Numbered from the stretch's first letter, positions 51,164 to 62,351 are shown. The stretch: DNA of 64,000 bases from an uncultured Sphingomonas sp. (GCA_964244185.1 CAXTHQ010000010.1:1884-65883); one strand, 5' to 3'. A program made the numbers and translations. Notes: a model not told the origin generated them from the letters alone.

Positions 51164-52095
51164 CGTCCACCCGCCTCCAGCAGTCGGCGCGGCGAGACCA
51201 GTTCCCAGCTCTGCGCCACCCGGTCGCCGACCCGGTCCCAGTCGGTGTCCGGGCCGCCGACCCGCATCGCCACCCAGCCGGCCGGCCCGAGATAGGGCGG
51301 GACGTAATAGAAGTCGGGATCCTGCTCGACGAGCATCGCTTGCTCTTCCCGGCCGGCCGTCTTGACCATCACCGCCGTCTCGCCGTCGTCGTGATGATCG
51401 TGCCAGATATACGCAAAGAACTTGCCCTTCGCGATATGGAAGCCCGGCGCGCCGTGCGACTCCTTCTCGATGGCCTCGGGCAATGCCAGCGCAATGGCGC
51501 GCAGCCGCTCCAGGGCGGCGGGATAATCGGGGGTTATGAACTTTGTCATGATGCGGGGGTATAGCGCATGTTCCGCCATCAGCACACGCGCGGCGAGCGT
51601 GTCGGCGGTGTCGCCCGGCAGCACCGGCACCTCCGTCCGGCCGAGCACCTCGCCGGCGTCGAGCTCCGCGGTCACCAGATGCACCGAGCACCCCGCCACC
51701 GTCTCGCCCGCCGCCAGCGCGCGGGCGTGCGTGTCGAGACCCTTATAAGCGGGGAGGAGGGATGGGTGGATGTTCAGGATCCGCCCCGCCCAGCGCTCCA
51801 CGAAATCCGGCGACAGCAGCCGCATATAGCCGGCGAGCGCGATCGCCTCGACCCCCGCCGCCCGCAGCGCGCCGTCCAGCGCGACTTCGTACGCGGGCTT
51901 GCCGACACCCTTCGGCGACAGCGCGAAGGTCGGCAGCCCGTGCTCCCTGGCCCACGCCAGCCCCGGCGCGTCCGGCTGGTCCGAAGCGACCAGCACCACC
52001 TCATAACCACGCGCCCGTTCCACCAGCGCCATCATGTTGGACCCTCGTCCGGAGATCAGTATGCCCACCCTCCGCGCCGGATCGACGCTAGCCAT
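51160..52095 (-). CDS. purN: Phosphoribosylglycinamide formyltransferase fused to an MmcQ/YjbR-like domain
   Basis: [35 protein letters not shown], then SHGAPGF...KFFA...[13 protein letters not shown]. Confidence 0.9.
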   Translation of the reverse strand: MASVDPARRVGILISGRGSNMMALVERARGYEVVLVASDQPDAPGLAWAREHGLPTFALSPKGVGKPAYEVALDGALRAAGVEAIALAGYMRLLSPDFVERWAGRILNIHPSLLPAYKGLDTHARALAAGETVAGCSVHLVTAELDAGEVLGRTEVPVLPGDTADTLAARVLMAEHALYPRIMTKFITPDYPAALERLRAIALALPEAIEKESHGAPGFHIAKGKFFAYIWHDHHDDGETAVMVKTAGREEQAMLVEQDPDFYYVPPYLGPAGWVAMRVGGPDTDWDRVGDRVAQSWELVSPRRLLEAGGR

Positions 52096-53179
52096 GGTGG
52101 ACCGCGCTCCAGGCCGTCCGCGCCGCCCAGGTCTCCGCGGACCCCCGCACCCTGCACCCGCGCTCGCCTGCTTCGACGTGCCCGATGGTGAACACCGTCT
52201 CGCCCGACGCGGCCAGCACCGCCGTCACCGCATCGGCCTCGTCCGCCGCGACGACCACCACCATTCCGACACCGCCATTGAAGGTCCGCGCCATCTCCTC
52301 CGGCTCGATCGCGCCCTGCGCCTGCAGCCACGCCATCAGCCTCGGCTGTTCCCAGGCATCCGCGTCGATGAGCGCATGGCAGCCCGCCGGCAGCACGCGG
52401 GGGACATTCTCCAGCAGTCCGCCGCCGGTGATGTGCGCCAGTCCCTTGATCCGGCCGTCGCGCAGCAGCGGCAGCAGCGCGGCCACGTAAATCCGCGTCG
52501 GCGCCATCAGCGTGTCGATCAACAGCCGATCCCGGTCGAACGGCGCGGGCCGGTCGAGCCGCCAGCCCTTGTCCGCCGCCAGCCGCCGCACCAGCGAGAA
52601 GCCGTTGGAATGCACCCCCGACGAGGCCAGGCCCAGCAGCACGTCGCCGGGCGCGATGGCTTCACCCGTCAACAGCCGCTCGCGCTCGACCGCGCCGACC
52701 GCGAAGCCGGCCAGGTCATAGTCGCCCTCTGGATACATCCCCGGCATCTCGGCGGTCTCGCCGCCGATCAGCGCGCAGCCCGCCTGCCTGCAGCCCTCCG
52801 CGATCGACGCGACGACCCGCTCCGCGACGGCGGTATCGAGCTTTCCGCAGGCATAATAATCGAGGAAGAACAGCGGCTCCGCGCCCTGGACGATCAGATC
52901 GTTGACGCACATGGCGACCAGGTCGACGCCGACGCCCTCGTGCCGGTCCCATTCGATCGCCAGCTTCAGCTTGGTGCCGACGCCGTCGTTCGCGGCGACC
53001 AGCAGCGGGTCGCTGAACCCCGCCGCCTTCAGGTCGAACACCCCGCCGAACCCGCCCAGCTCGGCGTCCGCGCCGGCCCGGCGCGTCGCTTTCGCCAGCG
53101 GCGCGATGGCGCGCACCAGCGCATTGCCCGCCGCGATCGAGACGCCGGCGCGGGCGTAGCTGTAGGGCTCGTTGGTCAT
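52088..53179 (-). CDS. purM: Phosphoribosylformylglycinamidine cyclo-ligase
   Basis: [49 protein letters not shown]. Confidence 0.97.
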   Translation of the reverse strand: MTNEPYSYARAGVSIAAGNALVRAIAPLAKATRRAGADAELGGFGGVFDLKAAGFSDPLLVAANDGVGTKLKLAIEWDRHEGVGVDLVAMCVNDLIVQGAEPLFFLDYYACGKLDTAVAERVVASIAEGCRQAGCALIGGETAEMPGMYPEGDYDLAGFAVGAVERERLLTGEAIAPGDVLLGLASSGVHSNGFSLVRRLAADKGWRLDRPAPFDRDRLLIDTLMAPTRIYVAALLPLLRDGRIKGLAHITGGGLLENVPRVLPAGCHALIDADAWEQPRLMAWLQAQGAIEPEEMARTFNGGVGMVVVVAADEADAVTAVLAASGETVFTIGHVEAGERGCRVRGSAETWAARTAWSAVHHG

Positions 53180-53243
53180 GGCCGAACCCGCTAGCCGCTT
53201 GCCGCTTCCATTTCCACGCCCCCTTCGCCAAAAGCGCACACCA

Positions 53244-54479
53244 ATGCGCGTGCGTTCCCTCATCGCCGGTCTGGCCACCATGGCGCTCGCCGCCGCCGGG
53301 CTGGCGCAGATCGAGGGCGGCGATCGCGGCGTCACGCCCGTCGCCAGCACCGGCGCGTACGAGGTGGCCGGCATCGCCGTCGATGTCGTCGCCAGGACCG
53401 CCGACGAGGCACGCTACGGCGGCTGGCGACTGGCGCAGCGCAAGGCGTGGATACAGCTCTCGAAGCGGCTTGGCGGCGACGGGTCGGCGATCGGCGATGG
53501 CGCGCTCGACCAGCTCGTCGCGGGCATCGTCGTCGAGAACGAGCAGATCGGGCCGACGCGCTACATCGCGCGGCTCGGCGTTCTCTTCAACCGCGCCCGC
53601 ACGGCCTCGCTGCTCGGCATCGTCGATTATGCCGCCCAGTCCGCGCCGATGCTGGTCCTGCCGATCGAGGTGTCGGGCGGTGTCGCGCGAGTGTTCGAGC
53701 GGCAGACCGAGTGGCAGGCCGCCTGGGCGCGCTTCCGCACCGGCGACAGCGCCATCGACTATGTCCGCCCCGCCGGCACCGGCCCCGATTCGCTGCTGCT
53801 CGATTATGGCCAGGCGGGGCGGCGGGGGCGGGGGCAGTGGCGTGCGTTGCTCGACCAGTACGGCGCGTCGGACGTGCTGATGCCGACCGTGCGGCTCTAC
53901 CGTCAATGGCCCGGCGGCCCGGTGATCGGCGTGTTCCAGGCGCGTCACGGCCCCGACAACGAGCTGATCGGCGGCTTCACGCTGCGGGTGCCGAGCGCCG
54001 ATGGCCTGCCGCAACTGCTCGACGCCGGCGTGAAGCGCATCGACGCGCTTTATGAAAGCGCCCTGTCGGCCGGCGCGCTCACCCGCGATCCGGGCCTCGC
54101 GCCGCCGCCCAGGCCGCAGGCGGCGGCGACGGACGAGGTCGGCGACCTGATCGACGATCTCGATCCCGCCGCGCCGGCGGCGGCGGCGCAGGGCATCGCC
54201 GTCACGCTGCAATATGATTCCCCCAGCGCCACCGCCGTCGCCAACACCGAATCGCTGGTGCGGACGTTGCCCGGCGTGCGCTCGGCCAGCACCACCAGCC
54301 TCGCGGTCGGCGGCGTGTCGCTGATGCGCGTCGTCTTCGACGGCGATCCGGCCGCGCTCAAGGCGGCGCTGGACGCGAAGGGCTTCCAGGTCGTCGGCGA
54401 CGGCCTGACGCTGCGCATCCGCCGCGTGCCGCAATTGCTGCCGCCCGATCTCCCGCCTGACGGGACGACGACGCAGTGA
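53244..54479 (+). CDS. Exported conserved protein (DUF2066-like position, C-terminal ferredoxin/HMA-like fold)
   Basis: Signal peptide; divergent from purM and coupled to hdaA. Family assignment from synteny only. Confidence 0.65.
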   Translation: MRVRSLIAGLATMALAAAGLAQIEGGDRGVTPVASTGAYEVAGIAVDVVARTADEARYGGWRLAQRKAWIQLSKRLGGDGSAIGDGALDQLVAGIVVENEQIGPTRYIARLGVLFNRARTASLLGIVDYAAQSAPMLVLPIEVSGGVARVFERQTEWQAAWARFRTGDSAIDYVRPAGTGPDSLLLDYGQAGRRGRGQWRALLDQYGASDVLMPTVRLYRQWPGGPVIGVFQARHGPDNELIGGFTLRVPSADGLPQLLDAGVKRIDALYESALSAGALTRDPGLAPPPRPQAAATDEVGDLIDDLDPAAPAAAAQGIAVTLQYDSPSATAVANTESLVRTLPGVRSASTTSLAVGGVSLMRVVFDGDPAALKAALDAKGFQVVGDGLTLRIRRVPQLLPPDLPPDGTTTQ

Positions 54480-55102
54480 ACCAGATCGCGCTGCCGCTCG
54501 GCTGGCCGGCCCGGCCCCGCGACGACGCTTTTCTCGTCACCCCCTCCAATGCCCGCGCCGCGCATCTGCTCGATCATTGGGGGGCGTGGCCGGTGATGAC
54601 CGCGCTGCTCACCGGCCCGCGCAAATCGGGGCGCAGCCTGCTCGCGCGGATCTTCGCCGCCAAGAGCGGTGGCGACGTTATCGACAATGTCGAGGCCGCG
54701 CCCGAGGAGCAGCTCTTCCACGCCTGGAATCACGCCCAGGCCACGCGCCGCCCGCTGCTGCTGATCGCCGACGCCGCGCCGCCGGTGTGGACGGTGGCGC
54801 TGCCCGACCTCCGGTCGCGGCTCGCCGCCGGCGTCGTCGCGGCGATCGGCCCGCCCGACGACGAGCTGGTGCGGGCGCTCCTCATCGACCTGTTCCAGCG
54901 CCGCGGGCTCGATGCGCGGCCCGACCTGATCGACTGGCTCTGCCCACGGCTGGAGCGGAGTCATCTGGCTGTCATCCGCGTCGTCGATACGCTCGACCAG
55001 GAGGTGCTGGAAACGCGCAAACGACTGTCGATACCGCTCGCCCGCACCACGCTCGCCGCGGCGGGGCTGATCGTCGCGCCCGTGCGTTCGGACGCGGCAT
55101 GA
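54476..55102 (+). CDS. hdaA: HdaA/DnaA-related AAA+ protein
   Basis: QIALPL clamp-binding-like motif, FLVTPSN, GPRKSGRS, LFHAWN, LPDLRSRL. Confidence 0.8.
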   Translation: MNQIALPLGWPARPRDDAFLVTPSNARAAHLLDHWGAWPVMTALLTGPRKSGRSLLARIFAAKSGGDVIDNVEAAPEEQLFHAWNHAQATRRPLLLIADAAPPVWTVALPDLRSRLAAGVVAAIGPPDDELVRALLIDLFQRRGLDARPDLIDWLCPRLERSHLAVIRVVDTLDQEVLETRKRLSIPLARTTLAAAGLIVAPVRSDAA

Positions 55103-57264
55103 GCCGGTCCGCCCATCACGCCCGCCTCGCGGCGCCCGACGACGACGACGACTTCGCGGGCGCCCCCGGCGAGCGCTATTTCAACCGCGAATTGTCCTGG
55201 CTCGCCTTCAACCGCCGCGTGCTGGAGGAGGCGTGCAACCCCGCCCACCCGCTGCTCGAACGGCTGCGCTTCCTGTCGATCTCCGGCTCGAACCTCGACG
55301 AGTTCTTCATGGTCCGCGTCGCCGGGCTGAAGGGTCAGCAACTGCAGAACATCGAGCGCCCGTCGGCCGACGGGCTGACGGTCGGGCAGCAGCTCACCGC
55401 CGTCATCGACGCCGCCGACGCGCTGATGGCGTCGCAGCAGCGCGTGTGGGCGGACGTGCGCGAGGCGCTCGATGCCGAGGGCGTGCTGGTGCTGCGCCGC
55501 GACGATGTCGACGCGTTGACCGAGGCGTGGCTGGAAATCCATTTCCGCGAGCAGATCTTTCCGACGCTGACCCCGCAGGCGCTCGACCCGGCGCACCCCT
55601 TTCCCTTCATCCCCAACAAGGGGCTGTCGGTGATCTTCGACCTCGTCCGCCGCTCGGACAAGGCGCCGATCCGCGAGCTCGTCATGCTCCCCGCGGCGAC
55701 CCGGCGCTTCATCCGCCTGCCCGGCGAGCCCCCCCGCTTCATCACCGCCGAGGCCGCGCTCAAACGCTTCGCCCCGGTGCTCTTTCCCGGCTACGAAGTG
55801 CGTGGCAGCGCCACCTTCCGCATCCTCCGCGACAGCGATATCGAGATCGAGGAGGAGGCCGAAGACCTCGTCCGCTACTTCGCCAACGCCATCAAGCGCC
55901 GCCGCCGGGGGCGCGTCATCCGGCTGGAGCTGGAGACGGGGACGCCCGATGCGCTCGCTGCGGTGCTCAAGGAAGAGCTCGGCGGCGCGAGCGCGATCAT
56001 CACCGAATCGGGGCAGCTGCTGGGCATCGGCGACCTGGAGGCGCTGGTCGACGAGGACCGGCCCGACCTCAAGTTTCCGCCCTTCACGCCACGCTTCCCC
56101 GAGCGCATCCGCGAATATGACGGCGATTGTTTCGCGGCGATCAGCGAGAAGGACATCGTCGTCCACCACCCCTACGAGACCTTCGACGTCGTCCTCGCCT
56201 TCCTGAAACAGGCCGCCAACGACAGCGACGTGGTGGCGATCAAGCAGACGCTCTATCGCGCCGGCAAGCAGCCCGCCGTCATCAACGCGCTGATCGCGGC
56301 GGCCGAGGCGGGCAAGTCGGTCACCGCCGTGGTCGAGCTCAAGGCGCGCTTCGACGAGGAACAGAACCTCGCCTGGGCGTCGGCATTGGAGCGCGCGGGC
56401 GTGCAGGTCGTCTATGGCTTCATCGACTGGAAGACCCACGCCAAGGTCGCGATGGTGGTCCGGCGCGAGGGCGCCGGCTTTCGCACCTACTGCCATTTCG
56501 GCACCGGCAATTATCACCCGGCGACCGCGCGCATCTATACCGATCTCAGCTTCTTCACCGCCGACGCCGCGATCGGCCGCGATGCGGCGCAGATGTTCAA
56601 CTACATCACCGGCTATGTCGAACCGACCGCGATGACCAAGGTCGGGCTGAGCCCGCGTGATCTGCGCATCCGCCTGACCGGCCTGATCGACGCCGAGATC
56701 GACCACGCGCGTGCCGGCCGGCCTGGCGCGATCTGGGCCAAGATGAACTCGCTGGTCGACCCCGCGATCATCGAGAAGCTCTACGAGGCGAGCGCGGCGG
56801 GGGTCGAGGTGGACCTCATCATCCGGGGCATCTGCTGCCTGCGCCCCGGCGTGCCCGGCCTGTCCGACCATGTCCGCGTCAAGTCGGTGGTCGGCCGCTT
56901 TCTGGAGCACAGCCGGATCTGGGCGTTCGGCAACGGCGACGGCCTGCCCAACGACCGCGCGGCGCTCTACATTTCGTCCGCCGACTGGATGCCGCGCAAC
57001 TTCGACCGCCGCGTCGAGTACATGCTGCCGATCGAGAACCCGACGGTGCACGACCAGATCCTCGACCAGGTGATGGTCGCCAACCTGATCGACAACGAGC
57101 AGAGCTGGGAGCTCGGCCCCGACGGCGACTATTCCCGCGTGTCGCCGGGCGAGCGCCCGTTCAACCTCCACCGTTATTTCATGACCAATCCGTCGCTGTC
57201 GGGACGAGGGGCCGCGCTGGAGGGCGAGGAAGTGCCGACGCTGTCGCTGAGGCGGGGTCGCTAG
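55099..57264 (+). CDS. ppk1: Polyphosphate kinase 1
   Basis: YFNRELSWLAFN, NLDEFFMVRVAGL, HHPYE, ELKARFDEE, KTHAK, FLEHSRI, SSADWM.RN. Confidence 0.97.
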   Translation: MSRSAHHARLAAPDDDDDFAGAPGERYFNRELSWLAFNRRVLEEACNPAHPLLERLRFLSISGSNLDEFFMVRVAGLKGQQLQNIERPSADGLTVGQQLTAVIDAADALMASQQRVWADVREALDAEGVLVLRRDDVDALTEAWLEIHFREQIFPTLTPQALDPAHPFPFIPNKGLSVIFDLVRRSDKAPIRELVMLPAATRRFIRLPGEPPRFITAEAALKRFAPVLFPGYEVRGSATFRILRDSDIEIEEEAEDLVRYFANAIKRRRRGRVIRLELETGTPDALAAVLKEELGGASAIITESGQLLGIGDLEALVDEDRPDLKFPPFTPRFPERIREYDGDCFAAISEKDIVVHHPYETFDVVLAFLKQAANDSDVVAIKQTLYRAGKQPAVINALIAAAEAGKSVTAVVELKARFDEEQNLAWASALERAGVQVVYGFIDWKTHAKVAMVVRREGAGFRTYCHFGTGNYHPATARIYTDLSFFTADAAIGRDAAQMFNYITGYVEPTAMTKVGLSPRDLRIRLTGLIDAEIDHARAGRPGAIWAKMNSLVDPAIIEKLYEASAAGVEVDLIIRGICCLRPGVPGLSDHVRVKSVVGRFLEHSRIWAFGNGDGLPNDRAALYISSADWMPRNFDRRVEYMLPIENPTVHDQILDQVMVANLIDNEQSWELGPDGDYSRVSPGERPFNLHRYFMTNPSLSGRGAALEGEEVPTLSLRRGR

Positions 57265-57282
57265 GGTGCGCGTTGTGGATAG

Positions 57283-57352
57283 CCCCTCCCCGGCGACAGC
57301 CGGGGCCCAGTCCGGCGCATGGGACTGGACCCCGGCGTGCGCCGGGGAGGGC
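57283..57352. repeat. 70-bp CCCTCCCCGGC-family palindromic element, intergenic copy
   Basis: cccctccccggcgacagccggggcccagtcc...ggactggaccccggcgtgcgccggggagggc between ppk1 and ppx. Confidence 0.9.
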
Positions 57353-57359
57353 TGATCCC

Positions 57360-58865
57360 GTGGTGAGCCTCCTCAAGTCCTTCGCGCGCTCAGCCGCCCC
57401 CGCAGCCACCGCGATCCATCCCCGCACCGCCATCATCGACATCGGCTCCAACTCCATCCGCCTCGTCGTCTACCAGGGCCCGCCGCGCCTGCCCGCGACC
57501 TTGTTCAACGAGAAGGTCATGGCCGGCCTCGGGCGCAGCCTCGCCTCGACCGGGTCGATCGACCCCGCCGCGCTCGCCACCGCGCGCGGCGCGCTCGCCC
57601 GCTTCGCCGCCGTCGCGCGCGAGATGGAGGTGGCGAGCCTGCGCACCGTCGCCACCGCCGCCGTCCGCGACGCCGCCAACGGGGGCGAGCTGATCGCCGC
57701 CGCGCGCGAACTCGGCCTCGCCGTCGAACTGCTGTCGGGCGAGCAGGAGGCGGCGGCGGCGGGGGAGGGGGTGCTCTCCGCGATCCCCGACGCCGACGGC
57801 ATCGTCGGCGACCTCGGCGGCGGCAGCCTGGAACTGGTCCGCGTCGTCGCCGGCACCGTCACCGATCGCGTGTCCTTTCCGCTCGGCGTGCTCCGCGTCC
57901 CCGCGCTGCGCGCCAGGGGCGGCGCGATCTTCGAGCGTCACGTCGCCAAGCTGTTGAAACAGGCCGGCTGGACCGGGCGGGGCAGGGGACTGCCTTTCTA
58001 CCTCGTCGGCGGCTCGTGGCGCGCGCTGGCGCGGTTGGACATGCAGCTTTCGGGCTACCCGCTGCCCGTCATCCACGGCTATCGCCTGTCGCCCGCCGCC
58101 GTCACCCGGCTCGCCCGCACCTTGCCGCGACTCGGCAAGCAGCGCCTGCGCGCCACGCCCGGGCTGTCGTCGGGCCGCGCCGCGACGCTGGGGGCTGCGA
58201 CGGCGCTGCTCGGCGCGGTGATGCGCCAGCTCGGCAGCGCCGGCGCGATCGCTTCCGCCTTCGGCCTGCGCGAGGGGCTTCATCACGCCGGCCTCGACCG
58301 CGCCACCCGCGCGCAGGATCCGCTGGTCGTCGCCGCGCGCGAGGAGGGCCGCCTGCTCGGCCGCTTTCCCGAGCACGGCGACCTGCTCCACCGCTGGATC
58401 GCGCCGTTGTTCGCGGCCGAGCCGGAGGGGCAGGAGCGCCTGCGCCATACCGCCTGCCTGCTCGCCGACGTCGGCTGGCGCGCGAACCCCGAGTTTCGCG
58501 CCGAGCGCGGCGTCGAGATCGCGCTCCACGGCAATTGGGTCGCGATCGACGCCGCCGGCCGCGCGCAGCTCGCCCAGGCGCTGTTCGCGGGGCTGGGAGG
58601 AGGGTGGACCCCGCCCGATCCGCTGCCCCGACTCGCCACCCCGGCCGAGCTGCGCGCGGCGACCTTGTGGGGGCTCGCCATCCGGCTCGGCCAGCGGCTG
58701 TCGGGTGGCCTGGCCGGTCCGCTCGAGCGCTCGGCGCTATCGCTCGACGGCCCCGCGCTCGTCCTGCGCCTGGCCGACCGCACGCTCTACGGCGAGACCG
58801 TCCAGAAGCGGCACGAAGCGCTGGCGACCGCGTTCGGGGTCAAGGCCGCGCTGGCGAAATACTGA
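57360..58865 (+). CDS. ppx: Ppx/GppA exopolyphosphatase
   Basis: IDIGSNSIRLV, ATAAVRDA, DLGGGSLEL, GLREG; follows ppk1. Confidence 0.93.
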   Translation: MVSLLKSFARSAAPAATAIHPRTAIIDIGSNSIRLVVYQGPPRLPATLFNEKVMAGLGRSLASTGSIDPAALATARGALARFAAVAREMEVASLRTVATAAVRDAANGGELIAAARELGLAVELLSGEQEAAAAGEGVLSAIPDADGIVGDLGGGSLELVRVVAGTVTDRVSFPLGVLRVPALRARGGAIFERHVAKLLKQAGWTGRGRGLPFYLVGGSWRALARLDMQLSGYPLPVIHGYRLSPAAVTRLARTLPRLGKQRLRATPGLSSGRAATLGAATALLGAVMRQLGSAGAIASAFGLREGLHHAGLDRATRAQDPLVVAAREEGRLLGRFPEHGDLLHRWIAPLFAAEPEGQERLRHTACLLADVGWRANPEFRAERGVEIALHGNWVAIDAAGRAQLAQALFAGLGGGWTPPDPLPRLATPAELRAATLWGLAIRLGQRLSGGLAGPLERSALSLDGPALVLRLADRTLYGETVQKRHEALATAFGVKAALAKY

Positions 58866-58868
58866 AGC

Positions 58869-59123
58869 CTAGCCGCAGCTCACCGCCGTGATCAGCCGCT
58901 TGTGGTCGACGCGGAGGTTCAGCCGGTCGACGCGATAGTCCATCGTCATCATCTGCCCGGGCCACATCACCCGCACCGTCCGCGCGCCCGACAGCTTCTT
59001 GGCGCGCGTCGGCACATGCCGGCGATAGCGTTCGCCGACGAGCGTCTCCGCCGGCCCCGCGCGGCACTCCGGCGCATCGGGCGACATCGGCTGTTGCGCG
59101 AGCAACGCCAGCACGATCAGCAT
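58869..59123 (-). CDS. I78 family peptidase inhibitor
   Basis: C......LVG, VRV..PGQMMTMDYRVDRLNL, terminal CG. Confidence 0.85.
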   Translation of the reverse strand: MLIVLALLAQQPMSPDAPECRAGPAETLVGERYRRHVPTRAKKLSGARTVRVMWPGQMMTMDYRVDRLNLRVDHKRLITAVSCG

Positions 59124-59325
59124 TTCGCGATCTCCTTCGTCATCGAGGCAATCCGACCAGACGACGGTGATACAGCATCGGCGCGCCGGAACATATTTTT
59201 AACCACGCGGAACCAGGCCCGTTCCGGCCGCTTATCGTCGAAGGCCGAGATGACAAGATTGTCATCTTGTGCGTCCGACGCGCGGCATCCTGTCGCGCGC
59301 GGACGTCGTGCCGGGAGATCGACCA

Positions 59326-60174
59326 ATGCGCACGAAGTTCATCGGAGCCGCCATCGTCCTCACCTTGACCGCCGCCAGCCCCGCCTGGGCGGTGACGGTG
59401 TTCGGCATCGATCTCAGCGGCCGGCTCGTCACGTTCGACTCGGCCGCCCCCGCCACGATCACCTCGACCAGGGTCATTTCGGGCACGATCGGGTCGGCGA
59501 TCCTCGGTATCGACTTCCGCCCCGCGACCGGCGAGCTGTTCGCGCTCGGTGGCAACTCCCAGCTCTACACGATCAACACCGGGACGGGCACGGCGACCGC
59601 GGTGGGCGGGCCGATTGCCGGCCTGTCCGGCAGCAATTTCGGCTTCGACTTCAATCCGACCGTCGATCGCATCCGCCTCGTCAGCGATGCGGGGCAGAAC
59701 CTCCGGCTCAATCCCGCTACCGGGGCGATTGCCGCGACCGACACCGCCTATACCTATGCCGGCGGCGGCACCCCGACCATCACGGCGGTCGGCTATACCA
59801 ACAGCGTCGCGGGCGCGACGTCGACGACGCTGTACGGCATCGATTACACGCTCAACACGCTGGCGCTGATCGGCAGCCCCAACGGTGGCGCCGTGACGAC
59901 GGTGGGCGCGCTCGGCTTCGACGTCGATGCCGACGCCAGCCTCGACATCACCCCCGACGGCCAGGCGTTCCTGTCGAGCGGCTTCGACTTCTACCGCGTC
60001 AACCTGACCACCGGCAGCGCCACGTTGCTCGGCCGCACCGACGGCCTGCGCAATATCGCGGTCGCGGGCGCGGCGGTGCCCGAGCCGGCGAGCTGGGCGA
60101 TGATGATCGCGGGCTTCGGGCTGATCGGCGGCACCATGCGTCGGCGCGGCCGGACGCGCGTCATCTTCGCCTGA
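59326..60174 (+). CDS. DUF4394-like protein with PEPxxWA-CTERM sorting signal
   Basis: GIDFRPATGEL, GFDFNPTVDRIRLVS..GQNLR, YTNS, LYGID; C-terminal VPEPASWAMMIAGFGLIG..RRR. Confidence 0.88.
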   Translation: MRTKFIGAAIVLTLTAASPAWAVTVFGIDLSGRLVTFDSAAPATITSTRVISGTIGSAILGIDFRPATGELFALGGNSQLYTINTGTGTATAVGGPIAGLSGSNFGFDFNPTVDRIRLVSDAGQNLRLNPATGAIAATDTAYTYAGGGTPTITAVGYTNSVAGATSTTLYGIDYTLNTLALIGSPNGGAVTTVGALGFDVDADASLDITPDGQAFLSSGFDFYRVNLTTGSATLLGRTDGLRNIAVAGAAVPEPASWAMMIAGFGLIGGTMRRRGRTRVIFA

Positions 60175-60211
60175 TACCTGTAAATTATGCCGGAACGCCG
60201 GGTAGGCAGCC

Positions 60212-61387
60212 CTATCCGGCGGCTTCGGTCCGCGTCATCTTCAGCTTGCCGTTCTGCACCGCGAAGCCGAGCCGCCCCTCGACCAGATCCAGCGCCTCGT
60301 GCCCGAACTGGTCGTAGCGCCAGCCCTGCAGCATCGGCAGCCCGTCGCGCACCCCGGCCGCCAGCGCCTCCAGCTCCTCGGCCCGCGCCAGCAGCTTGGA
60401 CGCGACATCGATGTCGCGCGCGCGGATCTTGAGCAGCAGCTTGAGCAGGTCGGCGACCAGCGCGCCCTCCTTGCCCAGCCCCGGCTTGCGGTCGTCGCGC
60501 GGCGGCAGTTCCTCGGCCGGCATCGGCTCCGCGCCGGCGATCGCCGCGATCAGCCGGGCGCCGATGTCGTTCGTCGCCCAGGTCGTCGACAGGCCGCGAA
60601 CCTTGGCCAGGTCCGCCTGCCGCTTGGGCGGGTGGCTGGCGAGGTCGGCCAGCGTCTCGTCCTTGACGATGCGGCCGCGCGGCAGATCCTTGCCCCGTGC
60701 CTCCATCTCGCGCCACCTGGCGATCGCCTTCAGCCGTCCCAGCACGTCCGGCTTGCGGCTCGGCACGCGCACGCGCTTCCACGCGAGGTCGGGGTCGTTG
60801 GCGTAATTGGCGGGATCGGCGAGCCGCTCCATCTCCTGATCCAGCCACGCGCCGCGCCCGGTCTTGCGCAGCCGCTCCAGCATCTTGGGGAAGATCGCCG
60901 ACAGATGGGTGACGTCGCCGATCGCATAATCGATCTGCCGCGCGTCGAGCGGGCGGCGGCCCCAGTCGGTGAAGCGCGCGCCCTTGTCGACCTGGATGCC
61001 GAGCCAGCTGTCGACCAGGTTGGAATAGCCGATCTGCTCGCCTTGCCCCAGCGCCATCGCCGCGACCTGCGTGTCGAACAGCGGATGCGGCGTCTTGCCG
61101 CTGAGGTTGTAGATGATCTCGATATCCTGGCCGCCGGCGTGGAAGACCTTGAGCACCTCTTCGTTGTTCACCAGCAGGTCGAGCAACGGCGCCATGTCGA
61201 TGCCGGGCGCCAGCGGATCGATCGCCGCCGCCTCGTTCATGTCGGCGACCTGGATGAGGCACAGCTCGGGCCAATAGGTCGATTCGCGCATGAACTCGGT
61301 GTCCACCGCCACGAAATCGGCCTGGGCGAGGCGGGCGCAGAGATTGGCGAGCGTGACACTGTCGGTGATCAACGGCAGGATATGCAT
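60212..61387 (-). CDS. rnd: Ribonuclease D
   Basis: VDTEFMRE.TY.P.LCLIQ, KVFHA, FDTQVAA, TDW..RPL, YAIGDV, HRDC region. Confidence 0.95.
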   Translation of the reverse strand: MHILPLITDSVTLANLCARLAQADFVAVDTEFMRESTYWPELCLIQVADMNEAAAIDPLAPGIDMAPLLDLLVNNEEVLKVFHAGGQDIEIIYNLSGKTPHPLFDTQVAAMALGQGEQIGYSNLVDSWLGIQVDKGARFTDWGRRPLDARQIDYAIGDVTHLSAIFPKMLERLRKTGRGAWLDQEMERLADPANYANDPDLAWKRVRVPSRKPDVLGRLKAIARWREMEARGKDLPRGRIVKDETLADLASHPPKRQADLAKVRGLSTTWATNDIGARLIAAIAGAEPMPAEELPPRDDRKPGLGKEGALVADLLKLLLKIRARDIDVASKLLARAEELEALAAGVRDGLPMLQGWRYDQFGHEALDLVEGRLGFAVQNGKLKMTRTEAAG

Positions 61388-61515
61388 CGGCTGGCCTTAG
61401 CGGCTAATCGCCCATCGACAAAGGCATGTGGCCGAGCGAAAAGAGGGGGCGGATCGAATCCCGTTCTGATACAAACTCCACCAATCAGCCCTGACTTTTT
61501 TCGTCGGAGGGGGGA

Positions 61516-61539
61516 AGACATTTACGGCGGATTAACGTA
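61516..61539 (+). promoter_or_regulatory. Conserved upstream box containing a CtrA-like site (copy 1)
   Basis: agacaTTTAcggcggaTTAAcgta; 22/24 identical to 62485-62508; starts 152 bp before the ATG. Confidence 0.6.
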
Positions 61540-61667
61540 GTCCAATCGCCAAGGAGCCTTGGAGGATTCGTGCAGTCGATCGGCTGTATGTTTCGCCGGG
61601 GCTGCAACCGACGACCAGTGGGATTATCGTTGCCGACCTTGGCGACTTGAAATTGGGGATTTTTAAA

Positions 61668-62330
61668 ATGAAGCGTTTTGCACTCTTGGCGTTGGCGTCG
61701 GGCATCGCGATGGCGGCTGCGGCTCCGGCCAATGCGACGATCACGATCTATTATTCGACTGATGGCGGGACCACGATCAATCAGCTGGCCACCGATGCGG
61801 CGACGCCGGGCAGTGCCGGTTTCGTCGGCACCGTGGGCAACTATTTCTTCAACGTCGGCGGCACCGGTGCCCCGATCACCAGCCCGTACGATCTGCTGAC
61901 CCAGTCGATCAACATCCAGTCGAACGCAGCGCGTGCGAACACGCTGAGCGTATATGTCATGGACAGCAACCTCAGCACGATCAACGGCGGCACGCTGATG
62001 AGCTCGTTCACCTCGAACGTCCTGTCGAGCGGCACCACGGCGACGATCAGCTCGTTCTATAACACCGCCAACACGTTGAATGGCACGCTGCTCAAGTCGG
62101 CGGCTTTCACGTCGATCGGCACCAGCACTGGCCTCAACACGTTCTCGGCGACGGGCCCGTTCTCGCTGACCGTGCGGTACGACATCGCGTTCCAGCCCGG
62201 CGGCACGTTCAACGGCACCGGCAACCTCACCGCGGTGCCGGAGACGGCGACCTGGGGCATGATGATCCTGGGCTTCGGCCTGATGGGTGGCGTGATGCGC
62301 CGTCGCAAGACGACCGTCGCTTTCGCCTGA
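61668..62330 (+). CDS. Ser/Thr/Asn-rich PEP-CTERM surface protein (copy 1)
   Basis: Signal ..APANA; C-terminal VPETATWGMMILGFGLMGGVMRRRK. Confidence 0.9.
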   Translation: MKRFALLALASGIAMAAAAPANATITIYYSTDGGTTINQLATDAATPGSAGFVGTVGNYFFNVGGTGAPITSPYDLLTQSINIQSNAARANTLSVYVMDSNLSTINGGTLMSSFTSNVLSSGTTATISSFYNTANTLNGTLLKSAAFTSIGTSTGLNTFSATGPFSLTVRYDIAFQPGGTFNGTGNLTAVPETATWGMMILGFGLMGGVMRRRKTTVAFA

Positions 62331-62351
62331 TCGTCGATCGGCAACAAAATT

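Noticed and set aside
57273-57359. N-terminal extension of Ppx encoded by the repeat
   Set aside because: The frame is open from a TTG at 57273, but GTG starts at 57360/57363 after a GGAGGG fit better, so the repeat is treated as intergenic.
59189-59225. GAAC-N7-TAAC and GGAAC-N7-GTTCC motifs as LexA or ECF sites
   Set aside because: Imperfect match or wrong geometry for the direct-repeat LexA box, and no supporting -10 element.
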